NCBI GenBank assembly: GCA_025594325.1
Contig: JANHCV010000004.1
Coordinates: 1,550,001-1,614,000 of the forward strand
DNA: 64,000 nucleotides
Source of the DNA: Blastocladiella emersonii ATCC 22665
Taxonomy: Eukaryota > Fungi > Blastocladiomycota
Direction: 5' to 3'
The position numbers and the translations under genes are program-made. This document shows positions 34,081-48,835 of this stretch, in pieces (position 1 is the stretch's first letter; every line of letters starts with the position of its first letter). The notes under the pieces are model-generated. The model saw nothing but the letters and a program-made list of their open reading frames with translations, searched no databases and was not told where the DNA came from.

Positions 34081-36817
34081 TCACTGCGAGTCGTACGACG
34101 GCCGGCCCGACGTGCGCCTATCACATCCGCCACCACTACGGACCTCGAGCCCGGGCGGGATGGGCGCGGGGAGCGGCGACAGCGGCGGGTCAAGTCTCGG
34201 CGACGCCATGGCGGGTTCGCTCGCGCGCGCGAGCGTCGTCATGTCGACCGAGTACTCGCACGCCGTTTCGTCGTGGCCCTCGTCGTCATCGTCGTCAGCG
34301 GCGGGCAGCGAGATGAGCCCGAGGTAGTGGAACGGCAGCACCTCGTCGTCCTCGTGCGCGCGCGTCGGCGACCCGCTGCCGCCCGCGTGGAGCGCGCTGC
34401 GTAAGCTGAGCGACCGCGCGAGCGACGCCATGGACGAGCCGTCGAGCGAGGGGAGCTGCAGGAGGAAGCTGAGTGTTGGCGACGCGCTGCGCGGAGGTTC
34501 GTCACCGATGGGCTGCTGGGTGCTGCTGAGCACGTTGCGCGCCGAGTTGGCGCGCCCGAGCCGGGTCAGGGCGTGCAGCGCGACGTTGAACGGCGTCGGG
34601 ACCATGGGCGGGTCGGGCACGGGAGCGGCAGGCGGTGGGATCGGGCGCGGGAGCGCGGGCATGTGGAACCCCTGGCTGCTGCCGTCGTCGTCACAATCCT
34701 CGTCGGTATCGGTCCCGTTCCCGTCATCGACCGCGTGCGGCGGGACGGACGTGGTCATGCTCGACGAGTGGTACGACCGGTGCGACTCGCCAACCACCGC
34801 TGTCGTTGCGCCGTACACGGGCTCGCTCTCCGTCTCCTCGCCGTCCTCGAACCGGTTCGGGTGCGGCAACGTGCCGGGCGGGAGAAACAGCGTAGGCTTG
34901 CGCGTGAGCGAGACGCGGTTCGACTTTGCCGTGCTCGGGTGCAGCGACGCGAGCGTCGGCGACTCGCCCGTGAACTGGTGCGGCGGCGTGGGCGTCGTCG
35001 GGGCCACGGCGGGCCGGAGCGATGGCGACAACCAGCTGCGCCGCGATGGGGACGCGCCGCCGCCACACGACGAGCTCGCTGCGTCGTCGCCGCCGCCGCC
35101 GCCGCACGCGTCGGTGAACCGCCGGTGGCGCCCGCTGACGGCCGTCGACGCCGATGCGGACGTGTCATCGTCGTCGTCGTCGTGGTCGAGCGGGCGGCCG
35201 AGATCCATCTCGGGCGCCCCTGCAGCGAGCGAGGGCGGCGCCGCGGCCGCGGCTGATGTGTCGAGCACCGGCGTGTGCCGCCAAAGCGTCCACATGGCCA
35301 TGGCGTCGTGCGCGCCGCCGCTGCCGCCTCCAAGCGAGCTGTGGATGGTCCCGCCGCCCTGCGACTGCGGCCGTGCGCGGGACGATCCCTGCAGCGGTGC
35401 GCTCGCAGCCGCGATCATGCTGAGCCGTGGGCCCGCCGTGACCGGCCGCTGCCCCGCCGCTGCCGCGCCACCGCGCTTGGCCACCGAGTGGAACGAGCCT
35501 GTGACGGACGCGTAGTCGTCGAACGAGTGCTCGGACCCGATCCACGACGCGCGCGCCGCGTGGTGGTCGGCGAACGGCGGGTGCAGCATGGCGCCGTACG
35601 ACGATGCGACGGACGGCGCGGGGCGCGGGCTCTCGAGGCCGGGCGGCGGGTCGGGGAGGAAGGTCGGGGCGAGGGCGAGCGGGGTGCCGTCGGGACCCGA
35701 CTGGGTGTGCGGCGGTGGCGGCGGCGGCGGATGTTGGCCGAGCGTCGACAGGATCGAGGCGCGCCTCCGCCCGAGGAACGCGCCCTCGGCCGGCGCACCG
35801 GGTGGTAGTGGAGGCGGCGGGGCGTGCGAGTGGCGGCGGGCGTGGACGAGCTGGATCCGCTGTTCCTCTTCGAGAAACTTGGCGCGGCGGCGGTAGCGGA
35901 ACGCGGCGAACGCGAGGACAACGAGCAGCAGGCCCGTGACGGTGCCGGCGACCACGGCCATGGTGATCTGCCACGAGGTCGCAGGCAAGGAGGGGGTTGG
36001 GCACGCGGTGACGGACGCGGTGGCCAGCGTTGAGCGGCAGGGCGTCGGGATCGACTCGGAGTAGCACGAGTAGGCGTTGGTGCCACCAGCCAGTTCGCAG
36101 GCGGCGACCGAAAGCGGGAGGCTCGGGACGGACCCGATCAGACGGTTGTTGGCGAGCGAGCTACGCGATGACGGTAAGACTCAGGCTACAACTGAAGCGG
36201 CGCGTCGAGGCGTACGTACAGTGTCCGCAGGTCGCGCAGGTCGGCGAGCGAGGCGGGAATCGGGCCCGTGAGCGAGTTCTTGTCAAGCGCGCTAGCCATC
36301 CGCGTCAGTCTCGAGCCATGGGCACGACGGAGTGGTGGGCGAGCGTACAGAGTCTGGAGGCCGACCAGGGTGCCGTACGTGTACGGGATGGTGCCCGTGA
36401 GCTGGTTGTTGCTCAGATTCCTACTCGCGCACTTGGGCCGTGAGTTATCCAGTAACCAGAGCGCTGCGAGTCAAGAAGGAACGCACAGCGACGTGAGCGA
36501 CGACACGAGCGCGAGCTGCAGCGGCAGCGTCCCGTTGAGCCCGAGCCCGGACCAGTCTCTACCCGTTGCGAGCGAGGCGTCAGCGAACAACTTGCCGACA
36601 ATGAATGGAGCCAAGCGGTCGCGACCTACATGCTCCGGACCTGGCCGGGCGCGGAGCAGGCGACGCCGCGCCACCCGCAGCACGCGTCGTTAGCCTGCCG
36701 CGCCGATTCGGGAAGCCCCGCGGTCAGAGCGGCCGCGTCGATCTGGACGCAGTCGGTCGGCGGCGCGGCAGTCGTTGCTGTTGGCAGGGCAGCAGAGGCG
36801 GTGGTTGTCGATGACAT
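34081..36817 (-). CDS. LRR receptor-like protein 1: Cys N-cap, 4 plant-type LRRs, Cys C-cap, single TM, long disordered tail, no kinase; 827 aa (exons 36817-36630, 36558-36487, 36420-36349, 36291-36220, 36160-34081)
   Basis: CCGWRGVAC cap, repeats LxLxxNxLxGxIP, and TM MAVVAGTVTGLLLVVLAFAAF followed by RYRRR. There are three internal exons of exactly 72 nt. Confidence 0.85.
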
Positions 36818-37462
36818 GGTTGGTGATCAGATCGGCGTGGGCGGCAGCGGCGAAGAAGCGCGGAGTCTTCACGGCACGCGTGGTCGCGATCCGTTGCAAG
36901 AGGTGCGATGCGACGACGACCTTGTCGGCGTCGTGCAGGTTACATTGGCAGAGCGCAGGGGCAGCGACGGCGGAGGGACCCGTTTGCTGTCTTCCTCTCT
37001 GCATCGCTTCGTCGGACTTGCCCGAACCGCCCCCCGCCGCCGCCACCGCCACTACGCCGTCCGGCCGTTCGACGACACGCGGTGCACCCTTGTTGCGGGG
37101 CCGCCATCATCATCCGACGTCCATTGTCCTGACGACGACGGGGAACGGAACGCGGCGTGATGCTCCCATCGAAGGCGGTGACGCGTTGCGCCAAGACCCG
37201 CGAGAAGAGCGAGCTTCTCTCGCTGCTGCGACGTCGCAGGCCGAAGCGTCGCTGGCGGCCGCGGGCGCGCGTGCTGGTCCAGACCCGCGAGCGCGCGCGT
37301 GGGACGTGCGGTGCGTACGGTGGAGCGCCTGAAACGCGTCGTGTCGCGTTGTTCATTTCGGTCGGCGCGCCGCGTCAGGTCGTCGTGGAAACCGCAGTGT
37401 AGCAAAGATGGGGGTATCAAAAACACAACTTCACACCGCGCGCGCACCACTTCTACGCTGCT

Positions 37463-39565
37463 TCACCATTGCCGCCCCGTCGTCGGCGGCCCCTGCCCCT
37501 GCGGCTGTTGCTGCGGGTGACCGTCCATGACGAACCGCTCGCGCACGGGGCTCCCGCGCGGGCCCGCCGCCACGAGCGCCTGCGTCCACGACGTGCGGTA
37601 CCCGGCCGCGCCGGCCGACGGCAGTGTACGCGAGTGGCTGGCCGCGGACCCGGGCCGCGACAGCGCGGGCGCCGGCGGGAGGTACAGCGCGGGCGCCGGC
37701 GGGAGGTACAGCCGGCCGCCGCCGCCGTCGCTGTCGCTCTCGTACCCACCACCGCCGCCCGTGCCCGCGCGAGACCGGCCACCGTCGTACTCGCCGCCGC
37801 CACCGCCGCCTTCGTGGCTGCTGCTGCTCCCGACCGTGATCCACGACGACCGAATATCGGCCGCCGCGGTGCTGCCGCGCGAATGGCGGTGCCCGCGTGC
37901 GTGGCCGTGCCCGCTCGTCAACGTGGTCGCGACCGAGTCAGCAGCACTCGTCCGGCGTGACGCCCCCGGCGTGCCGCCGGCGGACTGCGTGCTGCCGCGC
38001 CGGCCAAACGACGCGAGCGACGCGAACCAGCTGCTGCGCTTCTTGTCGCCGCCGCCTGGGACACTGCGCCGCAGCGGGCCCTCGCCGACGAGCGTCTCGA
38101 CGTTGCTCTCGGCCGGGGTCGGCGGGACGCCGGCGTCCGACTCGTCGGTCATGGTCGCGCGCGAGACGCGCCGCGATTCGGTGGCGGGCGGATGCTGGTA
38201 CGGCGCGCTCTGCACGCTCCATCGCGGCGGCTGACCGACCGGGGCGGGGCCCGTCGGCGCGCTCTGCGGCCGCGGCGCGTGCAGCGGGTCCTGGACCCAC
38301 CCCGGAGGCGGCGGCGGGTACCCACGGCCCGCCGGCCACGACGCGTGCTGCTGCTGTGGCTGCTGGCCGGCGTAACTGTACCCGGCCGGGCTCGTCGGGT
38401 ACATGGGCGCGTGCGGCGGCGGCGGCGGCGGACACCGCGGATCGACGACCCCCACCCCGCGCGCAGGGATCTGGTCCGGGAACAAGAGCCGCGGCGGCGC
38501 CGAGGGCGCGCGGACCTCGTGCGTGTTTTGGTCCATGAGGAACGCGGGCGCGTCGTCGTCGTCGACGATGGTACTCGCGCGGTGCGCGTGCGGGTCGCGG
38601 TGCGCGGCGGCCTCCTCGATGGCGTGCAGCTGGGCGAGCAGCCGGTGCTTCTTGTCGCGGAGCGCGCGCCGCTGCGAGTCCCACCGGCACAGCACCACGG
38701 CGATGATGATCACGGCGAGGACCGCCACGGCGCTGCTGCCTATCGCGATCACGATCTCCTGCTCCCAGAAGGGTTTCGGGCACGCGGGGACGGAGGGGCC
38801 GAGCGACGCGACGCAGGGCGCGGGCGCGGGCGTTGTGTAGCAGGTGAAGGGCGAGGAGGGGCCGGCGGAGCTTGGGAGCACGCACGCCGAGATGGAGAGC
38901 GGGAGCGAGGGCACGGTGCCCGACAGGCGGTTGCCCGCGAGGTCGAGGACGGCGAGGTTGGACAGGCTCGAGATGGTCGGCGGGATGGAGCCCGTCAGGT
39001 TGTTCTGGGAGAGCGACCTACACGCGCACGCGGGCGGGTGAGGTGCAGATGAGGCGCGCGGTGCGTCACGAGAACGTACAGCTGGCGCAGCGCCGTCATG
39101 TCGCCGATCTTGAAGGGCACCTCGCCAAAGATCTTGTTTCCGCGCAGGTCGCTTCGCTGGAGGTCAGTTCCGATCCATCGCACGCCGACACCCAGAGAAC
39201 GTACAGGACGGTGAGCGCGCGGAGCCTCACCACATCTTCGGGGATAGTCCCGACGAGGTCACTCTGAGGCCACGTTCTACACATCCACACCCCCACAGAT
39301 CAGCTCCCTCGCCCTACGACTCGAACCAGCCGCTCAAACATACGAACATGCGCAGGACGCGGCCATCGCCGCCGCACGCCACGCCCTTCCACGCGCAGCA
39401 CGGCGCGTCGGCGGGCGTGTCGGCGGGGTTGCGGGCCAGCGCGGTCCCGAGGTCGCGCACCGTGGCGCAGTCGCCCGCGGGGGCGCCGGCGGCGGCCGCG
39501 GCGGCGGCGTCGGACTCGGCGAGGTGCTCGGGCGGCTCTAGCGGCCGTGCTGGGTGCGGTGACAT
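37463..39565 (-). CDS. LRR receptor-like protein 2 (tandem paralog), 638 aa (exons 39565-39348, 39276-39205, 39151-39080, 39017-37463)
   Basis: CCAWKGVAC cap, 4 plant-type LRRs, the same 4-Cys C-cap, and TM IVIAIGSSAVAVLAVIIIAVVLC. It has two 72-nt exons and requires a GTTCGT donor and an AAG acceptor. Confidence 0.82.
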
Positions 39566-39923
39566 GGTAACAGCGCCGATGGGTGGCGGATCAGTCAGAG
39601 ATACATGGGGCGGCGGCGCGGCTATATGGTCGGTTCCCGCACGGTGCACGGACAAGGGAGAGGAGAAGCGGGGCGCGGTGCCTGCAGCGGCCGGCCGGCC
39701 AAGGTTGAAAGGGAAACCTTCCCAACGCGTGCGATCTACCCGCTGCGGCGGCGCACACGTGGGCACGCGTTATACTTGGCTGCCTATCCTGCCCCCTTCG
39801 CGCGCCTTCAAGGTCTGCAACCGTACGCACTTGCGACCATGAAACTCGATGCATCGGGCTCGCGCTCATAAAGACTTGTGAAGTTGACCGTTGCGGCTCC
39901 GCGCTCCCCAGACTCTTGCCACC

Positions 39924-40512
39924 ATGTCCGCCGCAACCGCCGCCGTCTCCAAGGTCTTCCAGTTCGGCAAGTGGACGATCCCCGCCGGCGAGGTGTTCCT
40001 CGTCACGCGGCTGTCGTACGCCATGGTCAACTTCAAGCCGATCCTGCCGTACGCCCTCCCCTCCCGCTCCCTCCCTCCCCACTCACCTCCCCCCACGACC
40101 ATCTAGCGGCCACGTCCTCGTCTGCCCGCGCCGCCTGGCACCTCGCTTCTCGGACCTGACGTCAGACGAGGTGACGGACCTGTGGCTGACCGCTCAAACC
40201 GTGGGCCGCGTCGTCGAGCGCGAGTACGAGGGCTCGTCGCTGACGTTCTCGGTGCAGGACGGCGTGGCCGCGGGGCAGACGGTGCACCACGTTCACATCC
40301 ACGTCATCCCGCGCCGCGCGGGCGATTTCGAGAACAACGACGATATCTACACGGCGATCGAGGGGCACGAGAAGGCGAGTGCCGGGGTTCTCGAGAAGAA
40401 GGCGGCCCCGCCGATGGATAACGAGGAGCGTCCGCCCCGCACGCTCGAGGATATGATGGCCGAGGCCAAGGCGCTCCGCGGCTTCTTTGAGCAGTTTGAG
40501 TCGCTCGACTAG
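39924..40512 (+). CDS. HNT2: FHIT/Hnt2 dinucleoside triphosphate hydrolase, 176 aa (exons 39924-40048, 40107-40512)
   Basis: VNFKPILPGHVLVCPRR, QDGVAAGQTVHHVHIHVIPR (HIT motif), DFENNDDIY. Confidence 0.95.
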
Positions 40513-40758
40513 ACGAATACATGGTCGTTTCAGCTTGTCCTGCTCTCCTCAGCTGTGTTCTTTGACCAGTTGTGCTCGCAGGACGCGTCGATGTTCCCAC
40601 GCGTCCCCGAGCGAGCTCGCGATGACGACGATTGAGTTAGATGATCCAAGTAAGGGTTTATCGCGCGCGCGGGCGCCAAACAACAACGAGGGGGGTGGTA
40701 GGAGGGGAGAGAAGAGTGGGGTGTGCTATGAACAAAGGCCGAGGCCAGACCGATAACC

Positions 40759-43318
<2,560 letters not shown>

Positions 43319-44309
43319 GGTGGAGGAGGGAAGGGGAGGGGGAGGGGGTGTACGGATCGCAGACAGAGGAACGCGGACCGGAGAAGAGCAGAGCAGGGGA
43401 GCGGGGACGCGGGCCTTCTTATAGGGCGGGCCGAGCGCGCGGCGGGGCGGCGGTGGCCGCGGCCTTGGACAGCCTCGGGGTGAAAAAAAAGGACGTGGAA
43501 AAAAGAATTTAGGTTTTTCGCGCGTCTCGCGCTTCCCACCACACCTCCGGCGATCCACTCGACGTGCACGGCCGGCCGCCTGCTTCTACTCAGGAAACGT
43601 GGCCGCAGCTTTCCACTCTCCCGCAAGCAACGGCCGGCCGCTGCGTGGCTCGGCTCCGCTGCTGCCCTCGTTTCGCGGGCTGATGGATGTGGCAGGACGC
43701 GTTTAATCGCGGCCGGCGCACGCCCTGCCCAATCCGGGCTCGCCCACGTGCGGATGAGGTGCCACCCTTCGCGATACGCTTCCCCCGCACGCCTCACCAA
43801 GAAACTTAATCCCGAGTCCTCAACCAATCGCATGGGCCGGCACCACGCTCGTCTCGCTTCCGTTGCGCACTCCGGCAGTGTCTCCAACTGTCTCCCGCCG
43901 TGATCCCCTCTTCCCTCGCCGTCCCTGCAGTTGATCACGCATCACATCACTCGGCAACCGATCATCCAACGCTCACGCATGCGACGGCCCGCGTTTCAGC
44001 GCCGTTGCGCGACCGGCTGGTCGGATCGAGGGCACGCTTCTCCGCGCGCGCGCGCGCTCTCGAGTTCACGCTCGCGCGAGAGGTCCTCGAAGAAGAGTCC
44101 CCGCCGAATTCAGGGCTTCGACTTCCCGGACGACATGAGCTTCGACCGGCCGCTGCAATCGCACAAGTCCGTGGTGATACGCTAACCTGGGGGACCGCCT
44201 CACTCGCTGCGGCGGACCAGCCGCTGCAGCGGCTCGCGCTCACGACTGCGGCGGCCGCTCCGGCCACCCGTCATCGTGTGCGCAAAATTCTCGTGTATCG
44301 CTATCCAAC

Positions 44310-45357
44310 TCAGTACCCGCGGTACCCGTGCGGCGGCGGCGGCGGCATCTGCGCTCCCGCGCCGTACCCGGGCGGCATGCCGTACCCCATTGGCGGCGGC
44401 GGTGGGGGCATCCCGTAGGCGCCGTACGGCGCGGCGCCGGGCGGCGGCATGCCGTACTGGCCCATGGGCAGCGCCACTGGGGGCATGCCCATACCCATCG
44501 GCATGCCGACGGGCGGGCGCATCCCCAGTGCGACCGAGGGGAGCGGCGGTGGTGCGTTCTTGCGTGCCTGCGCGGCGAGGGCGCGCTCGGCGGCGGACCC
44601 GTGACGCTCGCCCTTGCCGTCCTTCTTGAGCGCGTAGTTGACGTTCATGGGCCGGTTCATCAAGTACTGCCCGTTCATGGACTCGATGGCCAGGTCCGAC
44701 GCCTCGAACGAGTCGAACCCGATGAACGCGTACCCCTTGGACTCGCCCGAGTCGGGGTCGCGCGCGAGCTACACGGCGCCGGTGATGACGAAGGTGAGGG
44801 AGAGGTTCGTGATGTCGAGTGCAGCGACGAGGCGTACCTTGGGCGCCTGCACGATCACGCCAAACGAGCTGAAGGCATCGAACAGCGCCTTCTCGTCGAC
44901 CTCGGGGTCGAGGTTGCCGACGAAGATGGTCGCGCCCACCTCCATGTGCTTCTTGTCCGACGACGCCTACACACACGCGCATGCGCTGTCGTCAGCGCGG
45001 GTCGACCGAGCGAGCGAGGGCCGAACACGATCGCACCTTGTTGACGCGGATCGGCTTGCCGTACATCTTGGTCATGTTGAACATCTTGATGGCGTAGTCG
45101 GCGTCCTCCTCGGTCGCAAACTCGCAGAAGCCATACCCCTGGTGCTGCATCGTCACGCGGTCCTTGGGCAGGTGCACGTTCACTAGACGACGTCCGGCAT
45201 CATGAGCACTCGTCGTGGGAGTACAACGCTGAAGCGGCAGCATACCGACGGGTCCGGCCTGGACCATGAGCTCCCACAGCATGGCCTCAGTCACCTTCTC
45301 GTCGAGGTTGCCCATGTAGACGGTGGCCTCCTGGTTGCGTTCATGGTGTGCGTTCAT
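44310..45357 (-). CDS. SF3B4: Splicing factor 3B subunit 4 (SAP49/Hsh49), two RRMs plus Pro/Gly/Met tail, 4 exons
   Basis: [30 protein letters not shown]|[19 protein letters not shown] and [15 protein letters not shown]. Confidence 0.96.
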
Positions 45358-45691
45358 GGCGGTGATGCGTGTGCGTTGCACCAAGTGGCGAGCGTATGTA
45401 GACGCTACAACGAGGGACGTGAAGAGCAGGAGTGGCCGAGCGAGACGAGAAGATGATCGAACCGAGTCGCGTCACCTGATGCACGCGCCGACGTGTTCGA
45501 GACGCGCCGAGCCGCGCGCCGAGAGCGAGGCAAGTAAAAGAAACGTTGACGTGTTGAAATCATCAAAGGACAGGGAACATGAAGGGCGGTGGGAGCGAAA
45601 AGAGTAGGGAAGGGGTACAGCGAGGAGGGACGAGGACGGGGAGGTCCAGCAATTTGATGAGGCGGGCGAGCGACCGACCGTGCGCGAGCGC

Positions 45692-46697
45692 TTACAGGTC
45701 CTCGGCGCTTCTCCGCACGATGCGGCCGACGCGCTTCTTGAAGGACTCAAAGTTTTCCCGCCACTCCTTCTACGAGACCGGGAGGGGGGAACGCGAGAGT
45801 CAGTGCTGAGTCGGGCGAGCGGGAGAGCAGCCAAGACGTACCGCGGCGTCAATGTTGGCCGGCGACTCGTCGTTGGGGTCCGAGAGCATCGAGATAACGC
45901 TCATCATGATGGTCTCGACCGTGAAGATCGGGAGCCAGCGCTCCGAGGCCTTCTCGTAGCCGTACGTGTCTGTGTGGAGAGGGTGGGGAGCGAGGCGGAT
46001 GGGCGGGGGTGGCGCAGTCAGCGAGTGAGTCGCACACGCGCGTCGCGACGGAGAGCAGACGTACCGTCACCGGGCGGGTGGAGCGTCGAGATGCAGACGG
46101 TGCCATCGGGGTAGACTAGCAGGGGTGACACGTCAGCATGATGCGAACGCGCACGAGTCGGTAGCGGAGCGCGGCGTACCGTTCGGGTGCCACATGGCGC
46201 TGGTGAAGCGCAGCTTGGGCGGCATCTCGGGGAAGTTCTTGGGGAACGACATGATGGCCTTGAAGAAGCCGCCCTCGTACAGGGTGCCGGCGGGCGGGAT
46301 GATGAGGATGTCCCACTACGAGAGCGCGATGATGGAGCGCGAGATCGATCGAGGCGGGTATCGTGAGCGGTCACGGTCGAGTCACGAGCGTGTGACACGA
46401 CAGCGGTCAACGACGCGTGGGCAAGTACCTCGTAGATGTTGTCGTCGTCGACGAGACCTAGAGTGGGCAGCAGCATCGAGCGTCAGTCGCGGCACCATGA
46501 CTCAAAGACTAAATGAAAGACGCGTACCGGCACTAAAGTACTCGTGGGGCGACTTGGACAGGTCTGCAGCGAAAGAGTCACGCCGGCGGGGGAGGCGCAG
46601 TCGCGAGCGAGTCAGCGCACGGGCAGGCGGGATCGCGGCGCGCGCAAGGCGTACCCTTGAGCTGGCGGCGGAGGAGAAGAGCAGAGGCCTCGGTCAT
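45692..46697 (-). CDS. UBC7: E2 ubiquitin-conjugating enzyme Ubc7/UBE2G, 7 exons
   Basis: [41 protein letters not shown] (family acidic-loop insertion), [12 protein letters not shown]; six introns splice in frame. Confidence 0.93.
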
Positions 46698-47361
46698 GGT
46701 GACGATAGAGTGGTTGGTGGGATGTGGAGGAGAGGAGAGTGATGCTGGCGCGATTGAGGCGGGCAGTCGAGCGCAGGGCAGGGCGGAGGCGGCGGGGCGG
46801 CGGGCGGCGTCGTCGAGCACGGTGCAGGAGGTCGGGCGTGCGGCGCTACGTCGTCTTCGTGGTCGGTACAGGCGAGCGGTCGGGGAGGAGGAGCGAGCAG
46901 CGCCTCCCGCGATAGCGACCCGGCGGCCTGCCCGGCGGCGGTCGCGCAGAGAAGCAGGCCGGCGCGAGGCTTCACGTCACGGGGCGCACCTGCCACCGCT
47001 CGCGCGCGTTTCGGGCTGATGGGCGTGGCAGCTGCAGTCAACAGAATCTTTGAGCGATCGTCAGCCGCTCTGCTCCGCTCAGTTGCACAGGGGAGCAGTT
47101 GTAACGAGGCCCGCGGCCACGCTTCCGCTCCGCTCCCCTCCCCTAACCGATGAAGCTCGCCGCTGACGCTGACCCTGCCGTCGACGATTCGCTCCGCCGG
47201 CCTCTGCCTCCACGCTCTCCGCCCCCCGACCTCGCACCGGGAGCCCCGCTGCCTGCCCATCGAATCCGCGCTGATCGCTCGCGCCGCGACCCTGAGCTGA
47301 GCTGAGCCTCACGCTGTCCCTGAGCTACTACTCGACCTACGCTTGATCCCATCCGCGATCC

Positions 47362-48743
47362 ATGGCCTCCATCGCGCTACCCGGGACCGTGCTCCCGTCC
47401 ACGGCGGCCCCACCACCCGCCATCGCCGCGGCCCCGCGGCACTCGACCCTGGCCGAGAGCCCAAGGCCCAAGGGTCCTGACACTCCGGCGGTTCCTGCCG
47501 CTGCTCCTGTCGCCTCGGTGACGGCCGCGGCCAAGCCCGCCGTGTCGCCGGCCGTCAACTTCCTCGCTGGCGGGTACGCACGCTCCCACGCTCGCACGCT
47601 GAGCAGCGATCCCGCAACGCGAGCATGAGTCTGACGACACACACCCGTGTCTAGCATCGGCGGCTGTGTCGGCGCCATCATCACCTGCCCGCTCGAGGTC
47701 GTCAAGACCCGCATGCAGTCCTCGTTCCACACCCAGCTGCCCGCCAACCGCTTCTTCTTTGCCGACGGCGTCGCGCCGCTGTCGGGCACCACGGGCCTGA
47801 TCCGGTACGCTCGCTGCGCTCCTCAGTTCGCGACGTGAACCGGCCGCTGACTGGTCGCATCGCCGTGTAGCCAAATCTACCACCAGGAGGGCTTCAAGGC
47901 GTTCTGGAAGGGCATCGGCCCGACGCTCACCGGCGTGATTCCCGCTCGGTACGGTCGCCTTCACGCTCGCGCCCCGTCCGTTACGGCGCTCCCAGCTAAC
48001 GCGCGACACGGTGTAGCGCCATTTACTTTGCCACGTACAACGAGGCCAAGAAAGCGCTGACGGCGCTGCACGGCCAGGAATCGTCGCGCGTGTACATGGG
48101 CTCGGCCGTGGCCGCCGGCGTCGCTACCACCATCTCGACGAGCCCAATATGGCTCATCAAGACGCGCATGCAGCTGCAGTCGTCGCGCACCGCCCCCATG
48201 TACCGCAACTCGTGGGACTGCTTCGTCAAGATCGTCCGCCACGAGGGCTTCTTCACCCTGTACCGCGGCCTGAGCGCCAGCCTCATCGGCATCTCCGAGG
48301 GCACCATCCAGTGGCTCATCTACGAGAAGCTCAAGAAGGTGCAGGCTGCGCGCCGCCTCGACCACGACCGGGAGACGCGCACCCCCGCGGCGGCGGCGGC
48401 AGCGACCGCGTCCAAGTCGTGGACCGAGTGGCTCGAGTATTTCGGGTGCGCCGCGACCGCCAAGCTCACGGCGGCCACGCTCACGTACCCGCACGAGGTG
48501 ATCCGCACGCGCATGCGCGAGAGCCCCGCCGCCGGCACCACCGCGTACAAGTACAACGGCCTGCTGCAGACGGCCCGCACCATCGTCGCCGAGGAGGGCG
48601 CCATGGCCCTGTACGGCGGCATGGGTGTCCACCTGCTCCGCGTCGTGCCCAACTCGGCCATCATGTTCCTGTGCTACGAGGGCGTCGTCCACGTCGCGCA
48701 AAAGTGGCAGCACGCCGAGGCCGTCGCCGCCGCCGACGAGTAG
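47362..48743 (+). CDS. RIM2: Mitochondrial carrier, Rim2/SLC25A33/36 pyrimidine-nucleotide transporter type, 4 exons
   Basis: Three carrier signatures (CPLEVVKTRMQ, SPIWLIKTRMQ, YPHEVIRTRMRE), plus GPTLTGVIPARAIYF and HLLRVVPNSAIMF. Confidence 0.88.
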
Positions 48744-48835
48744 GAATCCGAGTCGAGACCCTGCGTGTTCGCGCGCACGCAGAGAGAGAATGTATTTGAC
48801 CACCTATCACTAGTACATCTGTTATTTATTTCTTA

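Noticed and set aside
37666-37717. 24-nt tandem duplication (YLPPAPAL x2) in the tail of LRR receptor-like protein 2
   Set aside because: A simple slippage duplication in a disordered region with no known motif.
45692-46697. Six introns with very small exons (about 30-50 nt) in UBC7
   Set aside because: Intron-rich short conserved genes are ordinary in early-diverging fungi.
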